The position numbers and the translations under genes are program-made. Below, piece by piece: positions 1 through 14,760 of a stretch of 64,000 nucleotides of DNA. Position 1 is the stretch's first letter; the number at the start of each line of letters is the position of its first letter. Source of the stretch: Octopus vulgaris (Eukaryota). The stretch is taken from the NCBI GenBank assembly GCA_951406725.2, contig OX597815.1:113770001-113834000 (forward strand). Direction: 5' to 3'. Under the pieces are notes generated by a model. The model did not search any database, was not told where the DNA came from, and saw nothing but the letters and a program-made list of their open reading frames with translations.

Positions 1-1084
1 ATTATAAGGAAAGAGAACTTGGCTTGAAATAAGAAAGAATGAGGCTGGATTTGATTTAATCCTTTTGGGTTTCATGATCAAATCCAGGTAGTTCTAATTT
101 TACCTCTTTTTTTTTCTTTCTTCTTTTTACCTTTCCATAGTCAGTAGAATAATAGTAACAATATGCTGGAGATATAGTTTAAATCTCCCAGTGTATTTAT
201 TCAAAAGAAATCAATAGAACATTGTTCAGAAGTCACTGCATTAAAATAAATTGAGGGAAATATTCCCACTAAGCAGTTAACCCTTGGAGAAGTTAAGAGA
301 TCTAAGCCTTCTGTTTTACTTTATTTTATTATTTATTATTTATTTTTTTCAATAATAGAAACGTTTTCCCAATAAATCCAGTTTATGCTGTCATTCTACT
401 TATTTTCTAGGCCTGAACATCACTAGTCCCTGTAGAAATATCCGAACCAATCATTCTAGTGTAGTTTTTATCCTTTCATGATATTAGTAAAACGACAGGA
501 GAGCCATCGCGTTTTAATTCAATTCCTTCCCCCGTCATCGTCCAGTATTGTCTTTCTCTTAAACACTTTATGAAATCAAATTTATTGATGATTGAGAGTG
601 CTTTTGTGTAATTCATTCTATTTTTATTCGTTAATCTCGTTCAGTTAGTAACCGCTCTGCCTCAGTCATTCCAACCACTTGCTTGACCAACGCTGATATC
701 TGCAAGTTTAATTTACCACACTAAATTCATATGCATTCTGTCATTATCATCTCCGATCGCTACATAATTAGCAAGTGGTCAGCTGGTTACAACACTCTAT
801 CTCATCACAATCGTGAACTTGCTGTAGTCGGTGGCGGAGTAGGGAGAGTCGATCACTTTCTGCTTGATAATGTTCCAAACTACGTAGTTGGTCCAAGGCT
901 ATGAAAGACGACTACTGCACTCTCTACACCACACTTACATACTCACACACATATACACACACACAAACATGAACGTATATGTATACTTTCTGTGCTGAAC
1001 CACTCAAGCTCTTCCATGACGTGACAAAAGAAGACATTGTTTTCGGAAATATCTCTCATTTAGCGGATCGGCAACAATTTGCTG

Positions 1085-1153
1085 ATGTATTTCTCTTGGT
1101 TAGCTTGTGCTAAAGATTTCTTCATGGGACAGTGTATATGCCAGCGGCATCAG
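1085..1153 (+). CDS. FRMD4: Probable first coding exon of the FRMD4-like gene: MYFSWLACAKDFFMGQCICQRHQ (second in-frame ATG at 1124 gives MGQCICQRHQ)
   Basis: In-frame stop TAG at 1061-1063, ATGs at 1085 and 1124, and consensus donor CAG|GTGAGT. Phase 0 joins in frame to MTEGR at 40791, and vertebrate FRMD4B also has Q|MTEGR at this junction. No direct homology evidence for the peptide itself. Confidence 0.6.
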
Positions 1154-2936
1154 GTGAGTACACAAAAATATATCCTGGTGGTGCTGCTACTGCATAGTGA
1201 CTGGTGCACCTTCATAACATCATATAGTCAGTTGTTATTTACATAGATAATATAAACACTCCCCCTTTCTCTCTGTTTCTGCCGTTTAGCGCACCATGCG
1301 ACACAGACATGCAGTTGTCTGTTTTTATCAACATTATTGTTAAAATTTGATTATTGAAATTGTTACTTCACTATTTTACCGTCGTCTTCATTATTTACGT
1401 TTATTTTCAATCGTATATGTTATCTAGTGTAATTTATTTTATGAAAGTGTATCTACTGTAATTTATTTTATGAAGTATAATACATACATAGTGTGTGTAC
1501 TGTAAACGAAAAATAATAAAACTACTAGCTGGGTTTATTTTTCTCTTTAATTCCTCGATTATTTTTGATGTAATACTACCAAATGCTGGTGTAAGGTGTG
1601 TGTGAATTGCCCGCTGCGGTTTTAATTATTTGTAAGAAAATTTGTAATGCTATCTATCCCCTTTCCCTAATGAATTTCCTAAATGTGTTTCTTTTTAGGT
1701 TCATTTGAAAAATAATTTTTTTTCTTCTAAAAATGTTTTAGTATATGTTATGTGATTTCTTCTAGATCCTTGTTAAATTGCGGTGGGAGAATGTTTGGGT
1801 TTTTAATTTTGATTTCTGTTGTTGCTTTGCCTGTTTGTATTATTATCCTAGTGGATAATTTACAATCTCCCTTAAATCAAAATCTTGAGGAAATTTGTCT
1901 CCTACATAGTTAATAAACTTTGATCGTGGATGCCACTAAATATTATTGTTTTCGTCTGCGATATTTCAAAGGCACACGGCCAATTCTCTCAGGTAACATT
2001 AATACCGTGTCTAATCTCAGAGAAAGAGAAAGAAAATTGAATTGCACATCCCCCGCTTTGTGATAGGAGGGGTAGTCCTGGAGACATTCAGTCCGTTTAC
2101 ATTAAGGACGGGATCATTTACAGTATGAAATTTCGGACTATAACTTAATCCAATGCTTCGCTATGTGTAATGTTTGTTTTTTCACATGGTAGCTGTGTAT
2201 GTAAATGGATCAAAAGACTTGTGTAAACTTTCCCGATACACATTTCCTAGCTAAAAATATCTTTGAAATAATTAACCGATAGTTGTGCTAGATGTTCTGT
2301 AACTTCCAGTTTTTGAAGTTAAGGATATTTTCTTTTCTTTCTTTCTTTCTCATTTTGATACATAAATATATCAGTATGATATAGTGATTATGTGAGTCGG
2401 TTCACTGTGTATCTTATATGTTGTCTAATCTGTTTATCATTTGTGTCAAGCTATTAAGGGTAGCTATCATTTCCAAAATCCACGCTACAGCTTTATTTAT
2501 TCACTTATATATTTATTTGAGAAAACGAAAACTATTTGTTATGTCTACTTCGATGTATTTAATATTACCCAATATATACAGCATTTAGTGCCGTGTTGAG
2601 TATCCTGCTGCGGATAGCCTGGGAACATTACGCATTCATTTACTCTGTTCAATGAACTCGTTAAGAACATATAACAGGACATAATTATGTTTATAAGCTC
2701 CGTGTTGAGTGTTACTTTTAAATTAGTGGGGGTGGTCAAATAAATGACTAGTAATACTTTCATAACTTGTAATGTTGGTTTTCGGCTGTTTTATTTGATA
2801 GCAGATAGATAAATGAAGTGAGCGTCGGATAAGAATGCTTTGCGGTAATTTGCTCCCGCTCCATACGCTCTGAGTTCGAATCTCACTGAGGTCATATGTC
2901 CGAGGTTGATAAAGTACTAGTCAAGTACATGGGCCG

Positions 2937-2938
<2 letters not shown>

Positions 2939-3015
<77 letters not shown>
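2939..3015. repeat. (TC)n microsatellite
   Basis: Perfect dinucleotide run. Confidence 0.99.
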
Positions 3016-3017
<2 letters not shown>

Positions 3018-6000
3018 GCTGTAAGAGGTCGTTAGGGGCCATTCACAGTGTCCCTTTCTACAGAAACGAAGAAAGATTGAGCAAAGAAGGACTAGCCCAC
3101 TGATACGTTACAAAAACCGCTGAAGGACGGGTTAATGTGTAACACAGAACGAAAATGTAAGAAATAAATTAAAAACTGCAGAGTTTAGCTGCTCTCTATT
3201 GGTCAAAATTGGACATCCAAGACTCATATACATAATCACTTTTTCTGGTTCATTCATATATTTTTGTTAAATTTAGTACTTGTGTAAAATTTAGTTGTAA
3301 CTAATTTTTCCATGTCAGTCGGCAAGTACAGGACATATTGTATGTTAATATTCTTCTGGTAAATAATGAAGTGATTTTTTATATTTGTGGGAATAAATTA
3401 GATAGCCAGGTATCTTTACAGACTTCATTGTCAGAATAAAGATACTGTTTGTTAGCTAAAGGTTAAGACAAGATATAGATGGTTTAATAATTACATTATG
3501 ATAAACATAATTTACAGCACTGGGTTCTTCATACCAAATACAATGTAATTTGGTTAAATATAAAATCAGATAACAAAATTTTTAAGAAAAATAAAATCAA
3601 GCGATAGAGAAATAAGTTGCGAAGAAATTGAATGGTTGTAAATTTTAAGTAAACATTTGGAAAGTAATATTAAGCTGCATTCTTGAACATGCTTGATATA
3701 AAAGGGAGAATTCAGGGGGATAATATGATATTGATCTTGCAAAGCAAAGTATTTTTAAATAAATAAATAACTACAAAAGAGGATTGTTGTCTTCAGTAAC
3801 GTTTCATCATAGGGAGATGCTCCTATGGCTTGATCCCATTTGCTATAGTGAATTGCCTTGCATTGTTGTTGTTTAGCTCCCCCTCCCCAATCAAAGGCTT
3901 TCCTGTCACGGCCTTCCCATCTTATGTATCTAGGCCTACAGTATCCAACATGTCTTATTTCTTTTCTAAGAAAGGTATGATTTGAAGGAGATTTGACTGT
4001 TATTTCTACAGGTCAAGCAACAACACAAAGGCACCCTAGTGTGGATTTAGGGATGGGTGAACGGATCTGGTTCTGAAGAATGGTGCATCTTAAGTTTTGC
4101 ACTCTGATGTTATGGTTAACATTATTTTTTGTTATGTAATAAAGTACTAAAAATAAATATTTTTATAAAGAGTGGTGGGTGCCAGAATGTCTAGATCACT
4201 GAAGAATTGCCTTGCTGTATTTTGTCCCTTTACATTTGGAATTCAAATACAACTAGATCATTTTTATCTAATCTTTCCCTATATGGATGATTTTATTTTA
4301 CAAAGATAAACTAATCTAGTGCAAAAATCAAATAAATGACATCACACAAAATATGTGGCCTTGTGGTTGAGTTAAAAAAATTATCCCTATTTTTATTGGA
4401 GCAAGAAATTATCAGAATTTAAAATCTATTATACCTTATTGTGTCTGTTTCAGCTCTTTCAAATTCTGAGTTTCAAATTCTGCTGAGATTAGTTTTGTAT
4501 TTTGTTCTTCAAAGGCCTATAAAATAAAACACCATTCATGAGTGGTAAATTAGCAGGATTGTAAGAGTATTGTACAAATAATTTCTAGTATTTCATTTTG
4601 GCTCTTGACATTGAGTACCTAGACAAGTGAACTTGTCTGTACCATGTTCAAAAGAGAGTATCTACTAAAAGAAACCCAAAGGAAAGCAACAATAAACTAC
4701 TTTAGTATTCTCTTGATAAAAACATCCATGGGAAGTGCCTAACATTTTTCAAGGAAGCCACATGGAACTCTTTGGTGGCTTGATGGTACAAAGAAGGAAT
4801 GACCTGGTATCATCATCATCGTCGACATCATTTAACATCCGTTTTCCCTGCTGGTATGAGTTGGATAGTTTGACTGGTGTTAGTAAGCTGGAGAGCTGCA
4901 TCAGGTTCCAGTCTGATCTAGCTTGGTTTCTACAGCTGGATTCCCTTCCAAACGCCAACCATTCTACAGAGTGTACTGGATGTTTTTTTTTTATGTCATA
5001 TAACTTGCATAATTAACTTGTAAAATATACTAATTTTCCTCTGAAATTGCTAATTTTGTTTATCAGTCCATTTGCCAAATAAGTATACAATTCTAATATT
5101 ACTTTCACTGCTACCTCATACATAATGATTACAATTTCTTCCAGTTATTATAACTTTTACCTAATAACAAGATTTCTTTCTTTGTATAGAAATGCAGACA
5201 GAACATGGGGTGTTGTATGATTGAACTGTTGTATGACAAACATTTAGAGCAACTGGAGAAGAAAGTTGATTTTGACTATCAATGAGTGATATTAGAGTGA
5301 GTGAATTAGATATCAAAGGTTATACTTGATATGTACATGAGAGATGATTTAATAGATATGGACATGTAATACAAATGGTTGATATATGCAGAGTGAAAAT
5401 AGGCTGAGAGTTGCTAGTGAAAGGCCTCTGTATGAAAAAAAACAAAACAAAAAGAAAAAAAACTAAAGAACATTCATTTGAAAGTCAGTAGCGAGATTTG
5501 AGAATAAAATGATTCTAGACCAAAAGGAACAGAGAGCTACAAAAATCCAACAAAAATTAATACTGTCAGTTTTGTGATTTTTCCAATTACTTTGATAAAT
5601 AGCTTTTGTGATGTTGTATTGATATTCCAAGTTTTCTTTGATCCTACTTGTAATTTTATTGCCTGTTACCACAAATTAACATGTTTATTCACTCAGTTTT
5701 CAAGTTATTTTCACCATCTTCGTGTAACCTTTTTCTTTTGATAATTAACCCTAAGTTAACTCGTTGGTCAAAGGCCATCCAAACTTGACCAAACCCATCT
5801 CTTATTTTCGGTCATAGTTTATGTCATTCCTTAGAAACAATTTTCATGTTCTTTCAAAGATTTTTAATTCTCAATTAGAAACAGTAACTTTAGAGGCCTT
5901 ACCCTACATCATAACCATACAGGCAAATTGTATTAACATTGTGAAAGGAGGGGCATTCTAGTTAGCACTGTTACTGCATCTGGACATCTCTCTTTCTCAC

Positions 6001-9000
6001 TCACACACACACTCACAGAAAGAGAGAGAGAGAGAGAGAGAGCAGTGTGATCTTTCTACTGTTTTAATCAGCTACCACACATTCCAGTATGTCTTTTGGT
6101 TTGTTCACATTTTAGTCCCCAAAAGATAGCTCAACTTTACGCCAACCTTCTTTCAAAACTATTTTGTATGAGTATGAAACTACAAAAAGATCTTTCTTAA
6201 TGTCAATACAATTTAAAGCTTTATGCAAAGTGCTTGGTTTTGTCAAAGTTATTCAACTCCAATATCTCATTCTCTATAAAGTGACAAATCTCAGATGAAT
6301 AAAAATAAATATGGAGCTTTCTTCTTTATATTTCACTAGTATATCATCATCATCATTTAACATGTTTTCCATGCTGGTATGTGTTGGACACCTTGACAGG
6401 AACTGGCAAGGCCTGAGGCCACACCTGTTCCATAGTCACTTTTGGCTTGGTTTCTACAGCTGGATGTATTATTGTTTCCAAATATAGTTACAGGGTCACA
6501 CATTTTGCAGGAGGGGGTAATTGTTTAGATTGGTTTCAGACAGGTACATAAAAAGGCTCTTGCTAAATGCTGAAAGGCTTTCGTCTTGTAGCTCTCAACA
6601 TTCTCTCATTCAAATGTTCTTGTTAGAAAATATATTGGAAAACATTTCACAAAATACTGAATTACGGAGCACTGGCAATGACCAAATCAGTATCATACTG
6701 GACTGGATGATTTATTGCCTGTAGTTTGGAGCTTTGTTTAAGAGCGGATTATAAAAAGAAATCACCAGTAACATACTGAGGGTAGATTCATTGACTGTTA
6801 ACTTTCCTCTATATAATTAATCTTGTGCTTAGTTAATTGAAATGAGTTAACTAGGACTTATCTAGTGGCTAAGTTATCCTGTAATTTCTATTTCTGGAGA
6901 GAAGAGACGAATGTAATCTCTATTTAGGAATTATCAAATTGTATATCTTGAAAGGAGAGCTAGAGCTCAAAATATCAAAATACTAATGAATTCAGAAAAG
7001 CTACACACGCACGCACACACACACGCACACACCACACTCACCCTTATCGTTGGTTATACCTTATCAAGATTTTCCTTTCTGTTATAAGCTTTACAAACAT
7101 GAATTTATTTTTGTATTATCACCGTTTATAGTTTGAAACTATAAAAAGCGTTACCAAAACTGTGGTAAAGATGATCTTTGATAGTTACAGCGTATGAAGT
7201 GTAGGTGTGTGTCAACATTATTTCTTGGAAAAATAATCAGTTTATCTATAAACTAGTTGGAAAGTACTGTTTAACACACTTGATAATCTAATATCAGAAG
7301 AAACAAGAAATATTTATAACTTTTTAGTGTATTTGTGCATGAGTAGATGTGAAATTAGATATCCTGGTTTAATGTAGAACAAAAGGGTTATGTGCAATCA
7401 TGCATTTACTTGTTTTATTTAAAATGCTTAATTTTAGCTTGGCTCTTAGCAGTATTGAGCAAATCAGACTGGGCATTAAGTAGAAAGGTTAAAAAGAAAA
7501 GAGACTAATCTAGGATTGAATTAACTTAAATTCTCACCCGATTGATTTGCAATCTGCTTTTCACATTCTCTTTTCCATTCTTTGCACCTGGAGCAGATTA
7601 ATCTCTACATGAAGTTTTTACTCTACAAGTTGGTGTTAGTGCTAAGAGATTTATTATTATCTTTTCTTCAATACATCTTCATTTCAGCTTAAATAAAATA
7701 TGAACTAATGGAATTTCCATTGGAATTTTGATATTTTTAAAGGATTTTTTTTTAAAGAATTTTTCTTCTCTCTTGATAGTTTTATTTCTATTTTCCCATA
7801 TTAACATGGATAAGATGGCTTTTGGAAAACATTTTATATTTGCAGACTTTTGGAGCTGGTATGTTTACAGTTGAATGTGTTTTTTCTAAATAGTCAACGA
7901 GGATAGTGGAGCTTATTACAAGGATAGTGGGACTTGCTGTCAACCAGTTAATCAAACTGAAGCAAGTAAAGTTATGTATTTTGCTCAAGTAGAATGCAAT
8001 GCATGTTGAACATTCAAAACATGTGGTCATTTGATCGGTGATCCAGAAACGTTATTAGTAGTTAGCCAGTGTGCTCCCCTTTATTTCTTCAGATTATAAA
8101 CTGTAAAGATTTCCCTCCAACAGGAGACAATTGCTGTTGATGTTGCTTCTAAGACAGGGCAATGAAATGCTAGAAATATTAGAGTATTGGCCCAAATATT
8201 TGAGGTATTTAGCTACAGTCCTTCATCTACTGCACTCAGATGTTGTCAGGGTCAAATTATCTTCATTCTTTCTTGTTCATAAAATGTGCACTATGCATGT
8301 GCAAGAGTTGATCCAAAGAACTATAAGCCTTCTCAAGTAATCTGGGGTTTATGATGATGTAAAAGAAATTGTTATTACTGGATAGATTGGTAGAATTGTT
8401 AAAGTATTGGATTAAATGTTTGTGGTATTTCTTCTGGATTTTTACATTCTAAGTTCAAATTCCACCAAACTCAATTTTCTCATTTCTCTGAGGGTGATAG
8501 AATAAAGTACCAATTTAGTACTGGGGTTGATCATATTGATTAATACCTGCCCTCAACACCATTGGCCTTGAGCTGAAATCCAAAATTGCTGCTGCTGCTT
8601 GTATTATTTATGTTAGCAGCATCATATGTCTGTGTCTTTGGGTTTAACCATGCCGCATTGTTTTCAAATAATGTGTTAATTCCTCCAAGAGTCCAGTAAA
8701 TGTAGCTAAAATTCTTGTAGGATGAATACAGAATTTTCTAATTTTCTGTTCAGAAACAATAATATGAACATTTTTCCAATAAATAATCACATTAATTAAT
8801 GTGCATATTAGCCAAAATATGGTCAGCAATAGTATCCATTATTGCCAGACAGTTTTGCTATCATATTGCAGATATGGATAATTTTTACATTAGTGCTGGC
8901 AATTATATTGTGATCACACACAACTGGTGTCCATACTGGACTCGGGAGTAACAACAATTCACCAGAGATGTGGCTGTTTTTAGGGTAAAACTGTTTGGTT

Positions 9001-10739
9001 TTCCAATATTTCCATATCTACACAGTAATTTATTACAGGCAACAGAAAACGAAATGTATTTATAGCCAATAAGATTTCTTAACAAAATCAGAAATTGTAT
9101 TTAAGAATTTTGTTGTTGCTTAGTTCTAGGTTGGACTTCATTGAATAGACCTACAATCAGCAACATTCCTGATGTGACCGTTTCATCCTTTTGTAAATCT
9201 AGAAATACATTGTTTGAAATGTCCTTCCTGTATTTTTGAGATTGTGGGATGTTTTGGGAGAGAGATTTGGCTGTTGTTTCTTGCAAACCAAGAAACTGTG
9301 GATTTTCCTTTTTTTTTTTTAAAACAAAAGAATAATTTTTGAATGACAACCTTGATGTTTTCTTTTTTCATTTAGCTTTGACATAGTTGAACAAAATTTG
9401 ACAACTGACTTAGTTTTACTATGGCCATTGGATTTTCCAAGGAACATTATTCTGTTTGCTTGAGTTTGCACAGCCAATAGGTGTCTACTCCTTTTTTAAT
9501 GTTGATTATTTTATTGTAGAAAAGCAATTTTGTTATAAAAATGCATTTTCTTCAGCAGTGGAAAAATTTCTGCTCCATTCTTGCAAGTAACAAAGAAGAG
9601 TATCAATAATAATGATAATGGAGATTTCTAAGATTTGTGTAGAGGGGATGTAGTTGCCTAAATTAATCCCTAGTATTTGTTTTATTGTTTTTAGAAAGAT
9701 GAAAGGCTCAGCTGAGCTGATGTAGATAGGAATTTCAACTTGGAACATTAGAGGATGTAGTTAAATGCTTCAAAGCATTCTTTGTCTGTTTGGTCATGTG
9801 ATAGGAAGTTTGCTTCCTAACCTCATGGTATCCGGTTCAGTCCTACTGCATGGCACCTTGGACAAGTCTCAGGTATTATAGTCTCAGGCTCACCAAAGCA
9901 TTGTAAGTGGATTTGATAGACAGAAACTGAAAGAAGCCCACTGTATGTATATGTATGTGTGTGTGTGTGTTACTGAGCCCTTGCCTTGACTTCATGAGAT
10001 AGTTATAAATGAATGTCACTGTCATAGAAGGCAATGTCCTTTGTTTCCATTCTTCTTTGGAAGCAGAGAAGGGTTGGTGGCAGAAAATCTGTACAAAATC
10101 TGGCTCAACGATTTTTGTCTGACCCATGCAAGCATGGAAAAGTGGGTGTAAAAACCATGATGGTGATAATTCTACCTGTCCTTTTATCCACCATCTTGAT
10201 ATTGATGATATTACTAATTATTGGTGCAGATACAAGCCATAGAGTGGAGAGGGGAGTGTATAGTCTATTTTATTTTCTTCAATGGTCTATCCAGGAGGAA
10301 TGTGTAGTGTCCATGATTTTCACTAGACCTTCCAGGTTGGTGACACTGATATGTTTATTGTCCAGTTCGAATATCTGTTGGTAGATTTTTATAGAAAAAA
10401 GTAGATACAAGGGAGATTTCATAGGGTTTAGTATCTTGAAGTGGAAGAATTGGTTATTGTACTAGAGTGAGGGATGGTTTATGAAAGGAAGAGTGATGGG
10501 TGGATACAAAATGCAATTAGGTAGTTCAGAGGAATAGCGGGCATTGTTGTTGTTGTTTAGACCAAGGTCAGCCCTGAATAAGCAGACCTATGATGAAAGA
10601 TGTTCTGTTTGTACTTATTTTTGTCTTTTGTACATGTAGTATGCTTCCCACTACAGCTTGTTTTACAAGGCAGCAGGCCATGATTCAAGGGGTATTTGTT
10701 GCTATTTTTAACTTGCTATTTTTAACTGACTACATTAAA

Positions 10740-11070
10740 GGTTTTGTCTTGGTTTGTTTCCCTTCATCCCAAGTGGATTAATCTTCTGGCTTTTACTGAA
10801 GCAAAATAAAAGATTTATATGATGCTCTATTTCTAATGAGCCTTGTCCTATCAGTTTTTGCTAATGATACAATTCTCTGCTCTGCCATATCTTTTAAAGC
10901 CACTTAATCCTCTTCGGCTGCTGATATTATTACTCTCTTTCTTCTTGTTATGCAGTTCTTCCATTAATAAGGACCTTTCTCCAGGGATCTGACCATAGAG
11001 TGACATTTAACAATTCCAAAACACAAAATGTTATATTTATCTAGAGAGAAGAGCAACAACATCACTCACC
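10740..11070 (+). mobile_element. Very old CR1/L2-group RT remnant
   Basis: SVFANDTIL (decayed FADD) followed by VTFNNSKTQ. Confidence 0.45.
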
Positions 11071-13521
11071 TTTGCAAAAACATTTTATATCACAATTGCT
11101 GAACAATAATAGCGTCATTGGTTTCAGGTTTCTAACAAACCAATTGTTGCATTTCTGGCAGCAAGAATGACAAGGGGATGTCTGTAACTCAGTGCAGAAC
11201 AAATATTTTAAGGGACCAGTAATCTTTCACCATTATACTTTGGTGAAACACACCACACACACACACACACAATGGGCTTCTGTCCAGTTTTTATTTATCA
11301 AATTCCTTAACAAGATGTTAGCCAACCAGATCCTATAATAGAAGATACAGTGGGATTGAACCCAGAACCACATGGTTGTGAAGTAAACTTCTTAATCACA
11401 CAGTTACATTTTCTCCCTACTTAAAGTTTGTATTTGTAAAAGAGAGTGGGAGAGGTATACAGCTTGCTTTTATTCACACTAATAAGTACAGTTGATACAC
11501 ATATGCCCCTATATGATGAATGCACACACACTCATTTATGTATAAATCAAATTTAAACAAACATATACAGTTGCATCTACTAAGACAGAAGCCACCTATT
11601 TACTGTTCTGTTGCCAGCCAAGACTTTAGACATACCATTGAGTAATATTTCATACAGTACCACTCTGCTCCTGTGTAACAAGTTGAAGATTTCACCTTTC
11701 TCTTCTTAATCAGATTTTATAGAAATAAGCATCTTAGGGGCAAATGAAAAGAAATGATGCTCTGATGTGAATGACCTTCAGTAAGAGAGGCCATATGGTA
11801 TATGCCAAAGATATTTTTATTGGATGTTGTTGTTAAGCCTCCAAGTTATCCCTGATACAAGGTAGAAATGTAACCAAAGGCATTCCAGCCATGCCCACTA
11901 CAGCTTTTTTATGATGGTTGTGTATGGTTTGAGGGAGATTTGACTGCAGAGTAGGTTGTGCAACCATGTCAATCGAGAAGATTGACACCTTTCACTGCTC
12001 AGTATACATCATATTCTGAAAAGGAAAACAGTTACTGTTAGACTCTTGAGAATGATAATAAAATAATAACAAATTTATTGTATACAGTGTTCAGGTGCAC
12101 TGCAACACATCAGAAAATGTAGTTAAAAGTGCATGAACAGTACATAGAACAGTATGGTGAGTGAGAAATGGTTTGACTCATGGTTCTCAACCTGACAAAT
12201 ACTTCCCACTTAAAAAAACCCCAGAAAATGTCCCCCCCCCATCTTTTATTTATGAAAATACAATATATTTTGCATTTGTGTATTTCTTTGTTTGCCATGG
12301 TGTTGAATTGAACAAGTTTAAAACTTTTGATTTTTATTAAATCTTGCAGTCTGTCCATTCTCTTTTCAATCTTCATAGTCACCCCCACCCCTATGCTTCC
12401 TGTTTGAAACACTTGTGATTTTGGTCCTTTGGAAAAATCAAGAAGCCAGTCTTCAGTTAATCTTTTATCTTTTACTTGTTTCAGTCATTTAACTGCAGCC
12501 ATGCTGGGACACCACCTGAAAGAAGTTTTAGTCAATTGAACCAACAATCCCATCATCATCATCCAGTGTTTTAAATCCAAATTTTGTCTCTGTTAATGGG
12601 GGTGGCTGGATCTATCTCAATGCCACAGGAACTGGGGTAGGCAGGTGCAGCTCACCCCACCCCAACCTTTGGGCTGGGTGGTGCCCATTCTCCTTTGTTA
12701 TTATGAGGCTTTTTTGGAGCTGGATTTTCTACAAGGAGCACACCCTTGCTTACCCCCAACCTCAGTTTCTAGACATGAGTGGTCCTGAGACCAAGGCCTC
12801 TACCATGATTTTTAAGAAATGTGGTGGAAAGCTAGCTTAGGAAGGCAGGGATGCTACTCCCTGAAACCACTTTCAGAACCCCACTACCCAGTACTTTTTT
12901 TTTAAATTTTTAAGCCTGGTTCTTATTCTTTCAGTCTCTTTTACTGAACCACTAAATTACAGGAACGTAAACAAACCACCACCAGTTGTCACGTGGTGGT
13001 AAGGGACAAATTAGGGACACACACACACACACACATACATATATACACACGCGATAGGCATCTTTTGATTTCTGCCTCCCAAATCCACTCACAAGGCTTT
13101 GGTCAGACCAAGGCGATAGTAGAAGACACTTGCCCAAGGTGCCATACAGTGGGACTGAACCCAAAACCATGTGGTTGGGAGGCCAAAAATTGAAGGATCA
13201 GGAATATTCAATTACATCAACCCCAGTACATGACTGGTATTTTATCAACTGAAGGAAGAAAGGCATAGTTGACCTCAGTAATATTTCAAAAAAAAATTTG
13301 TGTAGTTGTTTGAATCAACTCTCAGTCTATTATTGGTATTTATTTTACCAACCCTGACATTTGAACTCAGAATGTAAAGTGATAAAATTAGATATTGGCT
13401 GACATTTTTGGTTTGTACTGTAATGAGGACTTTTGTTAAATTTCAGTGAGTGCTAGTTGGGCTTGAACTTCAGTTTTTGATTTGAATTTCTCTTCATCTT
13501 CAGAAACATGATTTTAAAAGA

Positions 13522-13632
<111 letters not shown>

Positions 13633-14159
13633 ATATAACCTGGGGTCTTAAAAGCCCCTGAGTGCTCTTGCTATTTTCAGTTGATTTTTCTGTATTATTG
13701 TTTCTCGTTTTTGATACTTCCTCTTATTCATATGTTTTCCTTCAGAACTATTACATACATACATATATGCTCACATGCGTACACACTCCCGCACATATAC
13801 CCAGAGAGATACCTACATACTTACTGGACTTAAATCAACACTGGTGTTACAGATGAAGCCAGCTGTTGCTATCATCTGCCAGTTTCTTCAACTTTGAAAT
13901 ACTGTTTGGTATTAATTATGAATTCTTTGATTCCTACTGACTTTATATTACGTTGATAAAACTAGATGATGGAATATCCTGATGCAAAATTTATCACTTC
14001 TGATATGAGTAATTGTGAATCAAGCCTGTAACTTGGTTTTTATTTTTGATTTTGATAATTTCATCCTAAACTGTTTTATTTTCCTTTACATTCTGCAAGA
14101 AATCAATATTTTTTTTACTTTACTTTAAATGTAGTAAACCAGCAGAAATGGTAAAATAG

Positions 14160-14760
14160 TTGACATCATCATTTTCACATCCAGTTTTGATGCTAACCCA
14201 TGCTGGATGTATCATAACTCTCCTCATCACAATTCTGTATCCTCTTATTTGTAAGTTCCATCCTAAGGGCTGTCTTCAACTATTCTTCTTGTGCTTTCCA
14301 TGGTTTTGCTCTTCCATAGGTATATTCAGTCGTCAGAATTCAGTATTTTTAATCCTGACATTCATTATCCATTCATATCCCATGTTTATGCCAACAGTCG
14401 TCTCTCTTGCTTACATCCACCTTTCCATCCCAGACATTCTCTCAAATCCACTTTTGCTCTATCTTTCACGATAGTGTTGAGTATCCAACAGATCACACTG
14501 AACTTATCTCCAGCTTACAGATCTTCCATATTCAATGTCTTGCTATCATGCAACATCACACCCTTAACACATGCTGCATACATTGTTGTCACAGAAAGGG
14601 AAGCCCATTGTTAGCAATGACAGAATGGTTTCCCTGGAACTTATCTTACCCTTCTGCTTTCTCTAGCTACTACATTTTCACATTTGTTTTCAGCAATAAT
14701 AAAGTTACTTAGGTAATGGACATTATCAACTGTTTCTAGTGGGTAATCTGAGCAAGTTTT
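14160..14760 (-). mobile_element. Degenerate RTE LINE 3' fragment
   Basis: (CAT)n tail at the left end. The minus strand has VMLHDSKTL (a decayed LHGSETW) and matches the other RTE remnants in the window. Confidence 0.6.

Larger units (their letters stand above)
350..3300 (+). promoter_or_regulatory. CpG-retaining, largely TE-poor promoter/5' region of the FRMD4-like gene; Inr-like TCAGTT (641-646) and TCAGTC (662-667) are candidate TSSs
   Basis: CG dinucleotides are frequent here and become scarce after ~3.8 kb. The region contains a perfect CAG|GTGAGT donor at 1153/1154. Boundaries were judged by eye. Confidence 0.6.
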
